64,000 bases of DNA from Octopus sinensis (GCF_006345805.1 NC_043003.1:84506001-84570000); one strand, 5' to 3'. Numbered from the stretch's first letter, positions 39,901-53,193 are shown. Numbers and translations: made by a program. Notes: generated by a model not told the origin, from the letters alone.

Positions 39901-41429
39901 TACAGTAAATGATATATTGGACAGAAATGGTTTGGTAAGAAACACTGCGATTATTTTGCGAACGACACATGATATACTGAAACTACATATGAACAAACAG
40001 TTTCTCTGTGTTTGTTCTGTATCTCTCATTCCTTCTCTTGCTCTTTTTTCCCTTTCCTCCTCTTTCTCATTTGTGAAACCATACTGTGTAACAGATGGTA
40101 AAGCTAGGAGCTTCAAAATTACACTTGTTGAGTAGTAACATTACTGAACAAAAGGAAACATTTTTATAACAAATACACGGGCATAAATATATATACATAC
40201 ACACACGCACGTACTATTTCTGTTTTGCTGCTAGAACTATCAACGTTCCAACATGCAACTAATAAATGCATGTTGCAAGCAAGCACAACCGGAAGCAGTA
40301 AGGTAACTTGTTATTTCAATACCGGAAGTTGACTGCATTCCATTAAATAGCAAGTTGCAATGTAATTATCATTTTCAAATTACTTGGCTTTGAAATAGTT
40401 AATTGTTTATTCGGAAATACACATTTCAGAGTTCAAATCCTTACCGTTTTCTACCGAAATAATAGCAATAGATTTTTTAAAGGCTTTTTTATTTACCATC
40501 AAGTACTGAGGTCGGAATAATGCCCTAAGATACCCTGATATGCTACTAACTTTTATAAATATAATCTGAGGCTTTAGAAAATCCATATTAATGTTTGAGC
40601 GTCTTGAAAAATATATCATTCATAATATTTTTATGCAAAGATGGGATTCATGAAAGGAAATCAGCAAAAGTTTTCAGAATCATTTTCCTAGATTTTTACC
40701 AGTTTCTAATATTCCATGCGAAGTGTACCGGTAATTTATACGTGATCTCCAGCGTGTCACCAATTTAAACAGATTGAGAAACAATGTTCAACACGAAAAT
40801 AGTAGTTACTGGTCCCCAGGTGCTTCTGAGAGTTATAGTTTCAATTATATATTCTGAGGAGCAGCAGCTGTCACTTTCTGACCGAGTTTACCTTCCTCGC
40901 CTGCGGTGTAGCAACCACCAGGATTCACAGAAGCGTGGAAGTTTCTAAGCAGTCATTCGACCTGCTAAAAATAACATTCAAGTCTCCCTCCACCTGCAAC
41001 CCAGTCTTAAGAATAACAAAATGCTTACTGGAGTATCTACTCATTAAAAAAAAAATGAAATGGTCCCAGCTGGAACGTTTTTGGTCGTAGACCGGGACGA
41101 TTAGCGATGATCAGTGCTAAATAACAACGAAGGACATAGAGAAACAGAGTGATCAGTGAAGTGTGTACAATAAACACAGGCTGAAACACTTTACAACAGG
41201 AAATTAATTATTGCATATCGCCGACTATCTCGATCGACCTGCTAGAAATAGCAGCCGAAGCTCTCTCAAACGACATCCTGCTGTCTTAAAAAGACACGGA
41301 GGATAACGTGGGCCTGGGTACCTTACACACAGAAAAAAGATGGAATGACTACGACTGGAATACTTTTGAGTATAGGTCTACTGGATCGAGTTAAACTGGT
41401 GGTAAATAGCAAGAACAAGCACTACATGT

Positions 41430-41765
41430 TCGAATGCGCAGTATCAAACTCAACTAGACGAAGATCTGGCAAATCTGGAATTGTGTATCACGTCGTTTGG
41501 CGAACTACTTCCGGCATACAAGTCGAACTTTCCAGACCAAAATTTGCAGCCAGAAAAAGTAGGTCTACTTATACACTAAAGCAACTTTGGAAAACCATAA
41601 ATTCGGTGAAATGCAGCAAGATTTGGAATGACAGTAAAGATGTTTGAATGTTTACATTCTGTACTATATCGAATTGTATGAAGGAAATAGCGACAAGTAG
41701 CCATTGCTTAGTCCAGCGTCGGTTTTGCTTCAGCAGAATAATATCAGATGCGCTGGAAATATGAC
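41430..41765 (+). mobile_element. RTE-like LINE RT fragment, decayed
   Basis: RKSRSTYTLKQLWKTINSVKCSKI..HSVLY..QRRFCFSRII resembles RIxKAxxAFxxLxxIW..SVLLYG..RCLRRIL. Confidence 0.45.
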
Positions 41766-42156
41766 TGTTCAGTTTTTTTTCTTTTTGTTTAATGTCCTCC
41801 GTCTAAGACTATTATATATGGCATTCACCCGTTTTAAACTATGATAGCGTGTACTTTGAGGGAAAGTTGTCTTTTATTTGTATGAGACATTATATAAGTC
41901 CCCGTCATTTGCTCAATACGAAAATAGCTTTCTCTTCGGCTAATAAATAGCTATATAAATCATAAGGGAAATAAATAGCTATATAAACGATAAAGCAAAT
42001 AAATGGATATTTATATATAAAGCAGAAGGCAAATAGGCAGACAGTGACAGTCCTGGTCCAGAACATCAAACTATTTATATAGCAAATTGTAGGCTAAAAC
42101 AAACTTTTCAAATAGTCATTATCGAATATCTTATCCTTTAGCATATATATATATAA

Positions 42157-42188
<32 letters not shown>

Positions 42189-42694
42189 GACAATACTCGA
42201 ACGTTGATAATGGCTTTCCCAATAAATAATGAAAAGGCTACACTGACATCTACACACATGTGTATCTGTTCAATAATGTGCGAATGGGCAAGCAATGCCG
42301 TGTATGTGTGAGATGTAGAGAGAAAGAGAATGCATGCGAGGTTGCAGTTTAGCGATTTAAAATAACAACTATTGATTTCTCCTTTCAGAACTCGAATAAA
42401 ATACTTCGCTAATGTAGTCGGAGAAAATTATATCTCACAACTTCAGCTCATAAACGTTATGGCCGACGAAAATTGCTAATTTATTTCTTGATCAACAAAA
42501 TTGTTTAAAGGAATTCTTCTCAAATTTACGGAATAAGATGAAAACTCTAAAATTATTCTTAAGATGTTTAGTGGCTATAAACCAATTCAACATCTTTTGT
42601 CTATTTTAATAACGCACACACATACACACACATACATATATACGTATACATATACGACGGTCTTCTTCCAGTTTCCGTCTACCAATATATATAT

Positions 42695-42762
42695 AAAATC
42701 AAAATAAGCAACAAGGATATCCAGATGTAATGCAGTACGATCGTTTCATGCGACTCCATTTT
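42695..42762 (-). mobile_element. Short TA-flanked insert carrying the 3' half of a hammerhead
   Basis: Minus strand atg-gagtcg-cat GAAA cgatcg TA ctgca; CTGANGA absent; follows a SINE-A fragment at 42655-42686. Confidence 0.55.
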
Positions 42763-42818
42763 TATATATATGTATATATATACACAGACAGACAGACAGA
42801 CATAAATGCATACATACA

Positions 42819-42867
<49 letters not shown>

Positions 42868-43033
42868 CAGACAGACAGACATAAATGCATACATACATAT
42901 ATATATATATATATACATATATGTATATATATCGTAATGTATGAATTGTAAAATATATAAAAATACACTTTTAATGAGGCAAACATTATCTGATATAGAA
43001 CTCAGTATGTTGATTAGAGTGGCTATCTATAAT

Positions 43034-43136
43034 TATTATGTGAAACGTTGACAGTCTACTTTGAGCTTCGCCTCCGGCTATTTGGGAACAGGCCAAAGGT
43101 GAAGTTCAGAGAAGATTGTCAGCTTTTTATATAATA
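43034..43136 (+). other. Long imperfect hairpin (40-bp stem)
   Basis: 43034-43073 pairs with 43097-43136: 7 G-U pairs, 2 mismatches, no bulge. Confidence 0.85.
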
Positions 43137-43587
43137 TAATACGCAATAGTATCCATATAGTTTTTTTTTTCATCAAAATTCCACCTAAAAAATTATTGGT
43201 TAAACCTAGTACGTGATCTTAAACGTTTGCCCAAGACACCACAAAAAGTGATCAAATTCGGAGTGTGGTTATCAAACGAATTTTTTGATTAAGCAAACTT
43301 AATTGATGTATTTTGAAAGTTTTCCTTGTAAAACACACAAATTGACAATTTTTACTGACGAATCAAACAGAAAAATTTATGTAATATTTTAAAATTCAAT
43401 TTCTATTTTTAAATTTCTGAATAATGATTATTTTCAGCTACTAAAAGATCATATTGCATCCCACCTTCCTACGATTTGACTCTACGTTACTTACCCGCTA
43501 CTAATACAATGGTTTAGTAGAGACTTGGTATCAAATTCTGACCTCATGAGTCACGAGGTTTATTTCCATTGTGATATTAACCAATTT

Positions 43588-44290
43588 AAAGGCGGTGAAC
43601 TGGTGGAATCGTTAATACGCCGGACAAAATGCTTAACAACATTTAGTCTGTCTTTACGTTCTGAGTTAAAATTCTGCTGAGGTCGACTTTGCCTTTCATT
43701 CTCTCACTATAAGTACCAGTTGAACACTGGGGTCGATGTAATCGACTTACCCCTTCCCCGAAATTGCTGGCCTTGTGCCAAAATTTGAAATCGAAAGCGG
43801 TGAGCTGATAACATCGTTATCAAGCTGGACAGTGGGCATATCTTCCGATTTTACATTCCAAGATCAACTTTTCATTTCATCCTTCATCCTTTCAAGGTCA
43901 ATAAAGTAAAGCACCATTTGAGCATTGGGGTCGATAAAATCAACTATCTTCCTCTCACACAATTTTGCGTCTTGTGCTCGAAAGCAGAAAAGATATTAAC
44001 CAATTTATTTGAGAATTTTCTTTAACATGAAGAAATAATTTCTCGTTGGCTGCAGTGCAACGGCCATATTACTTCGGATCGGCAGAATCTAGACAGGACG
44101 AGCAAAATATATTTACGTGCTGAGTTCAAATTCCTCTGAGGTTAACTTAACCTTTCTTCCTTTTGGGAGCGAAATCGATAAAATATAATGCCATTTAAAG
44201 TACAAATAAAGCACCAATAAGTTGGGGTCGGTTTGTTCTACTCCATGATTCATTCAAATTTTAGGTCTTCTACCAATGTTAAAAATCAAT
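43588..44290 (+). mobile_element. Three SINE-B copies of increasing divergence
   Basis: Heads at 43588, 43795 and about 44075. Confidence 0.8.
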
Positions 44291-44986
44291 ATTACTCTTG
44301 AAATTTCTCATCAGAAAAGATTCAATAACATCATGTTATAAAATTAAAAATGGAGTTTCAATATTAAAATAGTAAAGACTGGTGATTCAGCGAGGAAGCG
44401 AAAGGCGGATGATTAAATACCAGATTTCCTAAGTTAAAATATCGTTGGGATCGACTTCATCCGAGCTTCATAAATTATTTCCTGGCAAATACAGGAGCAT
44501 GGGACAATATGCAATTAAATGTTCACCATTCTAAAAAAAAAGAATTAGCCATATTTTTAGTTGAAAGAAATCGATATGAATTTATTTCGTTGAAATCAAT
44601 TCATTTTCTTTATAGCTCAAATACTCTTGTGGAAGGCATGACTAACACACATCTTCTTATCCTTCATCTAAAAAGTTATGACCTCGTATATAAGAAATTA
44701 TTGAAGTGAATAGAACAAGAAATGGGAAATAAACGCCTGGCAATAAAATGAACGATATATCACACAGTATTTATATCCGAATTTATTGAAATGTCTGTCA
44801 TTGCTATTGCGTTTTGTTTATTACATACATACTTTCAGACTATAAATTGTATAATTTATAGCAAGTGTTAAAGTGTTAATTGACTTTAGTACTTCTGTAG
44901 TACAATATTTTATCGACCCTGTAAGGATAAAAGTTAAAGTTGACCTCGACGGCATATGATGCCAGAAGGTAGAGTGACGTAACTTA

Positions 44987-45155
44987 CAGTATTTACTCGT
45001 GTATAAATCGCATCCCTAATTTAATATTAAATCTTGTTACAATTTTTTTTTATTTTCAGTTTTAGCTTTGCCCTGTGTATAAGTCGCATCCCAGTTTTTC
45101 AGTTAAAATCAAACATAAAATAATGCTAATGCGGCTTATACATGAGTAAATACGA
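44987..45155. mobile_element. Tc2/pogo-like MITE with TA TSD
   Basis: TIR cagtatttactcgtgtataaatcgca / tgcggcttatacatgagtaaatacga; TA at 44985-44986 and 45156-45157; internal repeat gtgtataagtcgcatccc. Confidence 0.75.
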
Positions 45156-45160
45156 TAATA

Positions 45161-45343
45161 TTGGTTTCAAATTTTGACACAAGGCCGGCAGGTTTGGGGG
45201 AGAGTTAAGCCGATTGCATCGATCCCAGCACTCAGTTGCTACTTATTTTATCGACCTCGGAGAAATTTGAACCCAAAACGTGAAGACGGACGAAATGAAG
45301 TTATTTTCCTGGCGTGCTAACGATTCTGCCAGCTTGCCGCCTT
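45161..45343 (-). mobile_element. SINE-B with about 16-bp TSD overlapping the MITE end
   Basis: agtaaatacgataata (45145-45160) vs agtaagtacggtaata (45344-45359). Confidence 0.8.
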
Positions 45344-45359
45344 AGTAAGTACGGTAATA

Positions 45360-45743
45360 GGAGGCGCAATGGCCCAGTGGTTAGGGCAGCGGACTCGCGG
45401 TCATAGGATCGCGGTTTCGATTCCCAGACCGGGCGTTGTGAGTGTTTATTGAGCGAAAACACCTAAAAGCTCCACGAGGCTCCGACAGTGGATGGTGGTG
45501 ATCCCTGCTGTACTCTTTCACCACAACTTTCTCTCACTCTTACTTCCTGTTTCTGTTGTACCTGTATTTCAAGGGGCCGGCCTTGTCACTCTCTGTGTCA
45601 CGCTGAATATCCCCGAGAACTACGTTAAGAGTGCACGTGTCTGTGGAGTGCTCAGCCACTTACACGTTAATTTCACGAGCAGGCTGTTCCGTTGATTCGG
45701 ATCAACCGGAAACCTCATCGTTGTAACCGACGGAGTGCTTCCA
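45360..45743 (+). mobile_element. SINE with distinct tRNA head and centre plus SINE-C tail type ii
   Basis: tggcccagtggttagggcagcggactcgcggtc..gtttcgattccc head; tail from about 45558 matches the 55112 copy. Confidence 0.88.
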
Positions 45744-46815
45744 GATCATTCTTAGAGAGATAAATCATCGTGGTTCGAAAACAGAGGAGAACCCCAAAAT
45801 TGATTAAAAGAAATATTGATTTGCAATACAAGAACCAAGGTACATATTTTGGGTGGGTTGAGAATAGACATGAGTATTGTTGATTTTTAAAAATACATCT
45901 GTTTCTGACTGGTATTTTATCAACAACCTGAAGGTGAAGTTGGCTTCGATAGGATTTGAACTCAGAACTTAAAATGACATAACGAAATTCCACAAAGCAT
46001 TTTGTGTGTTACCTTACCATATCTTACCAATTCTTGACGATGATGGAAGAAGAAGAAAAAGAAGAAACGGTCTGTTCTTCTGACAAAATCTATTTCAAAT
46101 AAGAAATAGCCTACAGTATTTTTGATGAAAAAAAAATTTATAGACAGTTGTTACGCCAGAAAGTACAGTTACTATTAGATCTTAATTACTGATTCGATGG
46201 CGTATGTGTAATTATTGGTGCCCTCTGCGTAAGCTACTAAACATTTAGATAGTAGTAACCTTGAAAAGTTTACATTCCCGAGCAGAGAAATGAGACACTA
46301 ATTCCATGTTGTGCTAATTCAGTGATTTATTACATGGACACAGACTGAGACATTCTTGGAGAGAGGATCTACCGATTAACTTAACCTGGCCTGAACGCTT
46401 CCAACAGAGTAAATTCCGCGAAAAACTCAAAAGGTTCCCGAAGCGGCTGTTTAAAACCGAGTGATAAATTTATCACGCAAGCAAAAAGCAGGAAGAAATA
46501 CAAGGAGTATAAGTTCGCCCAAACAACAGCCCGAAATTGGTACTTTTCTTATCGACACTGGAAGAGTGAAAGGGATTGTTAGCTTCGACATAATTTGAAC
46601 AGAGAGCGGATAATCTATAAAAAAAAAACCTCAACAAATATCGCGGGGTTTTCTACCTACCGCTCTAAAGTCTCTGCCAGTTCGCCCTTTATGAATCTGG
46701 ATCAGTATTTATTTATTTATTTATTTATTCATTTTTTCGTGTGTTCCCTATCATTTCACCAGTTCACCATCCAATTATTACTCCACAAAATATAATCTTG
46801 TACACAATTATGTAA

Positions 46816-47097
46816 CTCTGCCAGGATCGGTCCCAAAAAGAGGAGGGTTGGGCGTTAGGCCAGCGACCCAACCCCGTAAAAAAACCTCAGTGCTACAGAA
46901 ACATCAGAAACAAACCAACATGTTCAAACTGACCGCGGAGGAGGCGACCACCTTACTATGACGGTGTTGGATCAAAGCGGTCAGGATATCCAACACCCGT
47001 CATGGAATGAAGCTGATATCGCTGCGGCCAACCGACCTCGTTGGAGAAGCCTTACCGCCAAATGCGCCATACGGCGCAGAAGAACCTAAGACTAAGA
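46816..47097 (+). mobile_element. Short non-autonomous RTE derivative (5' UTR motif joined to 3' end)
   Basis: gggttgggcgttaggccagcgacccaaccccgtaaaa; SWNEADIAAANRPRWRSLTAKCAIRRRRT*; ctaaga repeat tail; possible TSD acaattatgta/acaactatgca. Confidence 0.7.
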
Positions 47098-47227
47098 TAC
47101 AACTATGCATTACATAATATTTACAGCCCCACCTTATATTAATTTATCATAAGCAACCTTTAATTCAGCATTAAAGGAAATATATCAAACAAAAACCATG
47201 TCAATAATATTAAAGAATTATTTAATC

Positions 47228-47465
47228 CAATGGTTATCAAACGGGATCCATAAGACCCTTAAAAGGTCCATAGGGCCATTAAAGGTCCATATAAGAATGT
47301 TAAAATGTATGTGCAATATTTCGGTTAAACTTCTATAATACTTAAAATATTTCAACAATTTTTTATACAATTCCTAATAATATTTAATTATAAAAATACA
47401 TGATTTTTTAAACATCGAATAGCTAAGTAGAGTAAAATAAGAATCAAAAAATGGTTGAAAACCAC
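47228..47465. mobile_element. hAT (Charlie-like) MITE
   Basis: Ends caatggttatcaa / ggttgaaaaccac; 8-bp flanks atttaatc and atttaacc. Confidence 0.65.
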
Positions 47466-47884
47466 ATTTAACCGAAAAACTAGTTTCTCGGATTTTCGGG
47501 TTAAAACCTGCGAATCCAAGGAATGAAAAGTTGAACTCGACGTATGTAGGATTCGAACTTAAAATGTAGAATGATGAAATTAAATATCGCAATGCGATTT
47601 TGGATTGTTTTTTCTAGTAGTTTTGGCGTATCCTGTGTGAAAAATATCGTGTAAAATGATTGGATAACATAGAACAAACTATCATTAGTTATTAATTTAA
47701 TTTCAAGCTCAAATCCTGTCGTCGTCGACTTTGCCTTCCAGCCTTTCGGGGTCGATAAATTATGTACCAGTACTGGAGTCAATCTAATCGACTGGACCCC
47801 TCTCCGAAAATTTCTGGCCTTGTGCCTAGAGTAGAAAAGAATATAAAGTACCGGTCAAATACTGAAGTCATTATAATCGATTCC

Positions 47885-48282
47885 AACAGTTTTCAGCAAT
47901 ATTTGTAGCTAAAAATAAATTTCGTACTACACTGTCAATTGGAGAATAATATACCGGTGAACCACTCTGAAACTATACTCAGAATTAAGTTGCTTATTAT
48001 ACTTTCGTTACTTATAATACTGAAGTGGGTGTAATTGATTATAATACTGAAGTGGATGTAATTGATTGTACCCTTCTCCAAAAGTTCTGGCCTTTTGCCA
48101 ATCTAAGAAATCAGTTTCATTTAATTTAACGTTACATTAGTAAAATGATGGATATACTTGGGTCATTTTAGTAGGTAACTTAATTCTGAGTAAAGTTTTA
48201 GGATGGCTCACATACGTATTATTCTCAATTGACACTTTTGCACGAAATTTGTTTTTAAGTATAAAACTTTCCGAAAACCGTT
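47885..48282. repeat. Diverged inverted duplication, about 115-bp arms
   Basis: 47885-47999 vs reverse complement of 48169-48282 share aaatttcgt, tgtcaattg, gagaataata, tactcagaattaagtt. Confidence 0.85.
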
Positions 48283-50700
48283 AATCACAACGACAAGTGT
48301 TTGGGAAACAACAAAAGCCCTCCACACACCGTGTAAACACTCGAGTTACGTTTTGATGGTTGGGATTACTTCAAAATTGAAGTATTTTCAAAAGCCTCGC
48401 GTACCACAATATTGAAAAATACTACAGTTTGTTTCTATTTTACAAATTTATCCAAAGCCCCAGTGAAAGTAGATGAGTTATAAGGATGTACGAGTAAACT
48501 CTATTTAGTCTTCTCGTTAATAAATATAGGAGAGTACCAAAAAATTTCACTGACATTTAGTGGAAAGAAGCTGGAGTGGAGGCTGGTATTTGTTGGTGGA
48601 CCGCTGTCGTAAGGTGTTTTATGCTAAGTACTTATCGATTCTGTCAATTCTTCGTCTCCTGCTATCTCAATTATGAAACCGAGACAGCGAAAATACGCAA
48701 ATAATTCCTTTTTCTCTTCAGAAGATCAACATATCAATTAATTTGTAATTTAAACATCCATAAGAAAGTATTGTGTCTCAGAGTAGAATGTTACAAAATT
48801 ATGATTGTGTGAGCATCAGCTCTATCTTCGCTCGGCATCAGCTGTCATCGTTATTGACAACGAAGATGAGGGTGATGGAAGTGGTTAATGAGGAGTGATG
48901 ATAATTTGAAAATATAGGTTAAAAATAATTGTAATAAAAAAATTTTTTAAATGATTGATTGGAAAAAATTTTATTGCTTAATAAGTTTATTAAAATAGAT
49001 TAATGTCTGGAGAAGCGCGACTTCTACTACTACTACTACTACTTTCACCACCACTATTACTTAGAGGCACCTGTAATAAGATTAGGTATGGCAAGGGCAC
49101 CTGAATTAAGATATAAGTTAACAAAACAAAAAAAATAATAAAATACAACAGTTTCAACCCGGAGAACTTTAGTGTACATTCTGTTCATAACGTATTTCGA
49201 CACTTAATTTTTTTTTGACAGTGCTACATAATGTTGTCCTAGAAATGCTTAAACATGAATGGTAAGCAAGACTATTTTCAACAAAATTGAACGAAACAAG
49301 CAAATTGGCATTACGGGGTCAATAGAATAAAATGTCAATCAAGAACTGTGGATGATATAATCGACTAGCCGTTTCCCACCGATTTCAGATCTTGTGCTAA
49401 TGCTAGAAGTAATTATATCGATATAGGATATGCAAATTGAGAAAATTGAAACGAAAAGGATCTAATTAGACTGTCTCTTTCCGAAAAGATCGTCGTTTCA
49501 AAAGTGATGCGCTTATAAAGAATCACGGTTTCAAAACTCCAAGATATCATCATAATGAAAAAGGAATTTAAAAATTAATGCTATGAAGATTATATAGTGA
49601 GAAAGAAAAGAATTGGCTTGTACTGTTTTTAGATACAATATTTTTATTTTCAAGAGAAATTGTAATCTTTTTGAGTAAAACCTGCTCCCTGGGGGCATAT
49701 CTGTCATAGTGCGTATGTCTTTGTCTGAATGGCAATTGCGTGGAAGCTGTCATGTGGGTCGTATATGTAATTATTTAAAAGTACTATCTTGTCACACTCA
49801 GTATCACGCCGATTCTGCTGAGAATTATGTCTGTAACTCTCGGCAAAGAATTAGCCGCTAATTCAACGGGTAGGGGATTCAGCCTACAATTTTGTTTGTT
49901 ACTTTGTCTGGAGAAATAACCTGAAATTGTTTTGTAATGTTATTCAGGAACAATAAGTTCTGTAAGGCTATAGACCGGAGACAATGAAAAGAGCTGCCAT
50001 GAAAGTTATAAGTTCATAACGCTATTTTCTTTGAAACCAACACCTGTACTATACACATACATACAGTCAATCAGGCATAGTTAGGGTGATCATGCTTAAT
50101 GTAATCAAGGAACAAACTATAGTTACTTAATGATATTTATGGTATTAGTTCAACGGCTAATATTATCCTAAGTATGAATGAGAACGAACACACTCATCTT
50201 ATTTTTACCTCGTCAGTGAAATGTAGCCTTCTCTATATTTGCTAAAATATTCAGACATATAAAGAGTGAACAGAGAGGAGGCAAATTACAATGGTTTAAT
50301 GAATTATCATATTTAAGGTGGTTTTAAACTTGGATTATATGGAGCAAACTTGATTTTATTTGCTCGTTAATAAAGAGCGGGGAGAGAGCAAAATTTTCGC
50401 ACGTATTTAGTGAGAGACTTGGTATTTGCAGGTTTAAAAACTAATGGATTAACATACACAGTTCGATGTCAGATATTATCTTAAAAACTATAAAATGTGT
50501 GCTAGCATATATACGTAGCGAACAAAGAAAGTTTAATTGATTAAAATCACATATGTAATGATGAGAATAATCATAATCTTATCTTTAAAATTCTAATTAA
50601 GAAACAAAGGGGGGGGGGACAACCCCGAAATTTAAATTAAGATAATTCAAATATAGATCACTGTAGGAGGAGAGTCTGATGTGTGGTAATGTAAAAGCAA

Positions 50701-50741
50701 CTCCGGACATGTTTTGGTCTTACTAGGGCTCATCAGCCAAA
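50701..50741 (-). ncRNA. Degenerate minimal hammerhead motif
   Basis: Minus strand tttgg CTGATGA gccc-tagtaa-gacc AAAA catg TC cggag. Confidence 0.5.
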
Positions 50742-51399
50742 CAGTTTAACTGTATTGTTAGATCTTAAAGCTACTATAGAGAAGCATATAGGGTTTTAGT
50801 GAATGAACGCTGAACGGTGCCATAAATAGTTAGAGGCGTCCGCTGCATGAAACACAGACAGTGAAGTAAGCGCTAACATATTTAATGTAGTGAATCGAGA
50901 AACTTTAACTGTTAGGTGTGTGTGTGTGTGTGTGTGTGTGTTCACTCACTAGATCATTAGAAAGACAGAACCAGCTGTGACTATCACGTGTCACTTGTTT
51001 ACTTTCAGCAACAATAAAAGCTAAGATGTCTAACATCGAAAGGTTACTGGACAATAAGTAAACTGTGTGTGTGTTTATGTGTGCGCACGTGTGTCTGTCT
51101 GTCTGTCTGTCTGATCGTGTTTGATGGAGGATTGATTAATCTAGAGCAGACATTAAATTACTATTGGAGCTAAAAGGAAACAACTGTATGAGCAAACGAG
51201 CAACAGTTAATTATCTTAGCACGAGATGGATTCACTGGATAACGTGTTTATAGATGTCCACCGCGTTATGAGTTAAAAGAAAAGAAAACTTGAAGGTTGC
51301 CTGGCCGGCCGGCCAGCCAAGCCTGATTGTGTTTAACCACAGGTATGCGGCAATCATGACTAGAAACAATCACCACCAACAACACAACAATTATTATGT

Positions 51400-51585
51400 T
51401 GTGTGGGTTGCTTCCTAATCTCAAGGCTCCGGGTTCAGTCCCACTGCATGGCACCTCTGGCAAGTGTCTTCTACTGTAGCCTCGGGCCGACGAAAAGCCT
51501 TGTGAATGGATTCAGTAGACATAAACTTAAAGAAGCCTGTCGTGTGTGTGTGTGTGTGTGCGTATGTGTGTGTGCGTGTGTGCGT

Positions 51586-51621
<36 letters not shown>

Positions 51622-51726
51622 ATTTGTCCACACTCACCGTTTGACAACTAGAGTTGCTGTGTTTACAGTCCGTAACTCAGCAGTTCGGCAAGAAGAGGTG
51701 GATAGGATAAATATCAAGGTTGAAAA

Positions 51727-51761
<35 letters not shown>

Positions 51762-51862
51762 AGAGAAAATATTGGGATCAATTTTTTTTACTAAAATTCT
51801 TCAGGGCAGTGCCCCAGCATGACCGCAGTCTAATGACTGGAACAATGAAAACGTAAAAGATA
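51400..51862 (+). mobile_element. SINE-A, diverged, internal poly(A)
   Basis: ccgggttcagtcccactgc..ccccagcatg..gcagtc. Confidence 0.85.
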
Positions 51863-52297
51863 ATTATTATAAGAACAATCGCTATTTTAACATCAATAAC
51901 ACCAACTACAAAAAGTACGATAAATTAGGAGCTTAATCATCGTTACAGACAGTCATCGTTACAGCAGTCATCTGCTGAAGTTATTCACTTTGTGAAGCGT
52001 AAACCTTCTTATGATGCCTATTTATTAGTAAATGCAGTGAGATACCAAGAAGAATTAGTAAGGTTCCTTTTACCATTGACACAACACAACTGAAATACTT
52101 CGATTAGACAGAGACAGACTGACAGAGAGACAGTCTGACACAGAGAGACAGACTGACACAGAGAGACAGACTGACAGAGAGACGGATGGACGGACAGATA
52201 GACGGACAGGCAGGCAGACGAATAGACAGTGCCATCTGCGACGTGACAACTGTTACGATTTCAGTAACAATAGAGCGTGCAATATTTTAGGTGTCAT

Positions 52298-52502
52298 AAG
52301 GCGGCGAGTTGGCAGAAACGTTAGCACGCCGGGCGAAATGCTTAGCTGTATTTCATCTGAGTTCAAATTCCGCCGATGTCGACTTTGCCTTTCGTCCTTT
52401 CGGGGTCGATAAATTAAGTGCCAGTTGCGTACTGGGGTCGATTTAATCGACTGGCCCCCCTCTCCACAAAATTTCGGGCTTTGTGCTTGGAGTAGAAAAG
52501 AA
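52298..52502 (+). mobile_element. SINE-B
   Basis: aaggcggcgagttggcagaaacg head; gagtagaaaagaat tail. Confidence 0.9.
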
Positions 52503-53193
52503 TATTTTAGTTATCATACACGCAAAGACACATATATAGACACACATATACGAACACGTACACACACAATTACATACATATGTACATACATTCAGATACG
52601 TATATTCAAACATACAGATACACTCAGACAGAATCACACAAACATTCGAATACATATATACAAGCACACTTATTGCAGCACACACGCATATACACACAAT
52701 AAAATGTACGCACGCACGCATTCGACATACAAACACACACACACACATACTCTCATATACACCAAGCACACAAACATGCACAATACACGAGTGTTTACAC
52801 GCACACACACACACACACACAGTCAGAATCTAAACAAGGCTAAATAAGAGAACATTTTACCCTGTCACAACTTTCTATCACAAAGAAACATGAGATTTCA
52901 TTGTTTACTGCCAGTGGGACATTCTCTGTTCCGGGTGATTTACGGGTGAATCGATTCGGAGAAGTGGGAAAACATTGTCACAATTTCTCTCGAGGTCAGC
53001 CCCTGATCATCTGGGTGGTTTCTTCATATTTATTTGATTATTTTATTTCATTTTACGTTTTTCTCACGCAGACTGCAGAAAACTGGGAAGTTACACTTTA
53101 CACACACAAACACAAAAAGGGTTGGATTTTCACAGTTGGGCACCTTTGATTATAGGTTTGTCAATTAGAGTTGACCTGGGGCATCTCAGTAAT

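Noticed and set aside
40345-40356. aaatagcaagtt matching the Cas9 tracrRNA scaffold
   Set aside because: 12-nt AT-rich coincidence; flanks do not match
45363-45432. tRNA gene
   Set aside because: tRNA-like head continues into SINE body with no acceptor-stem closure or poly-T terminator; other heads likewise
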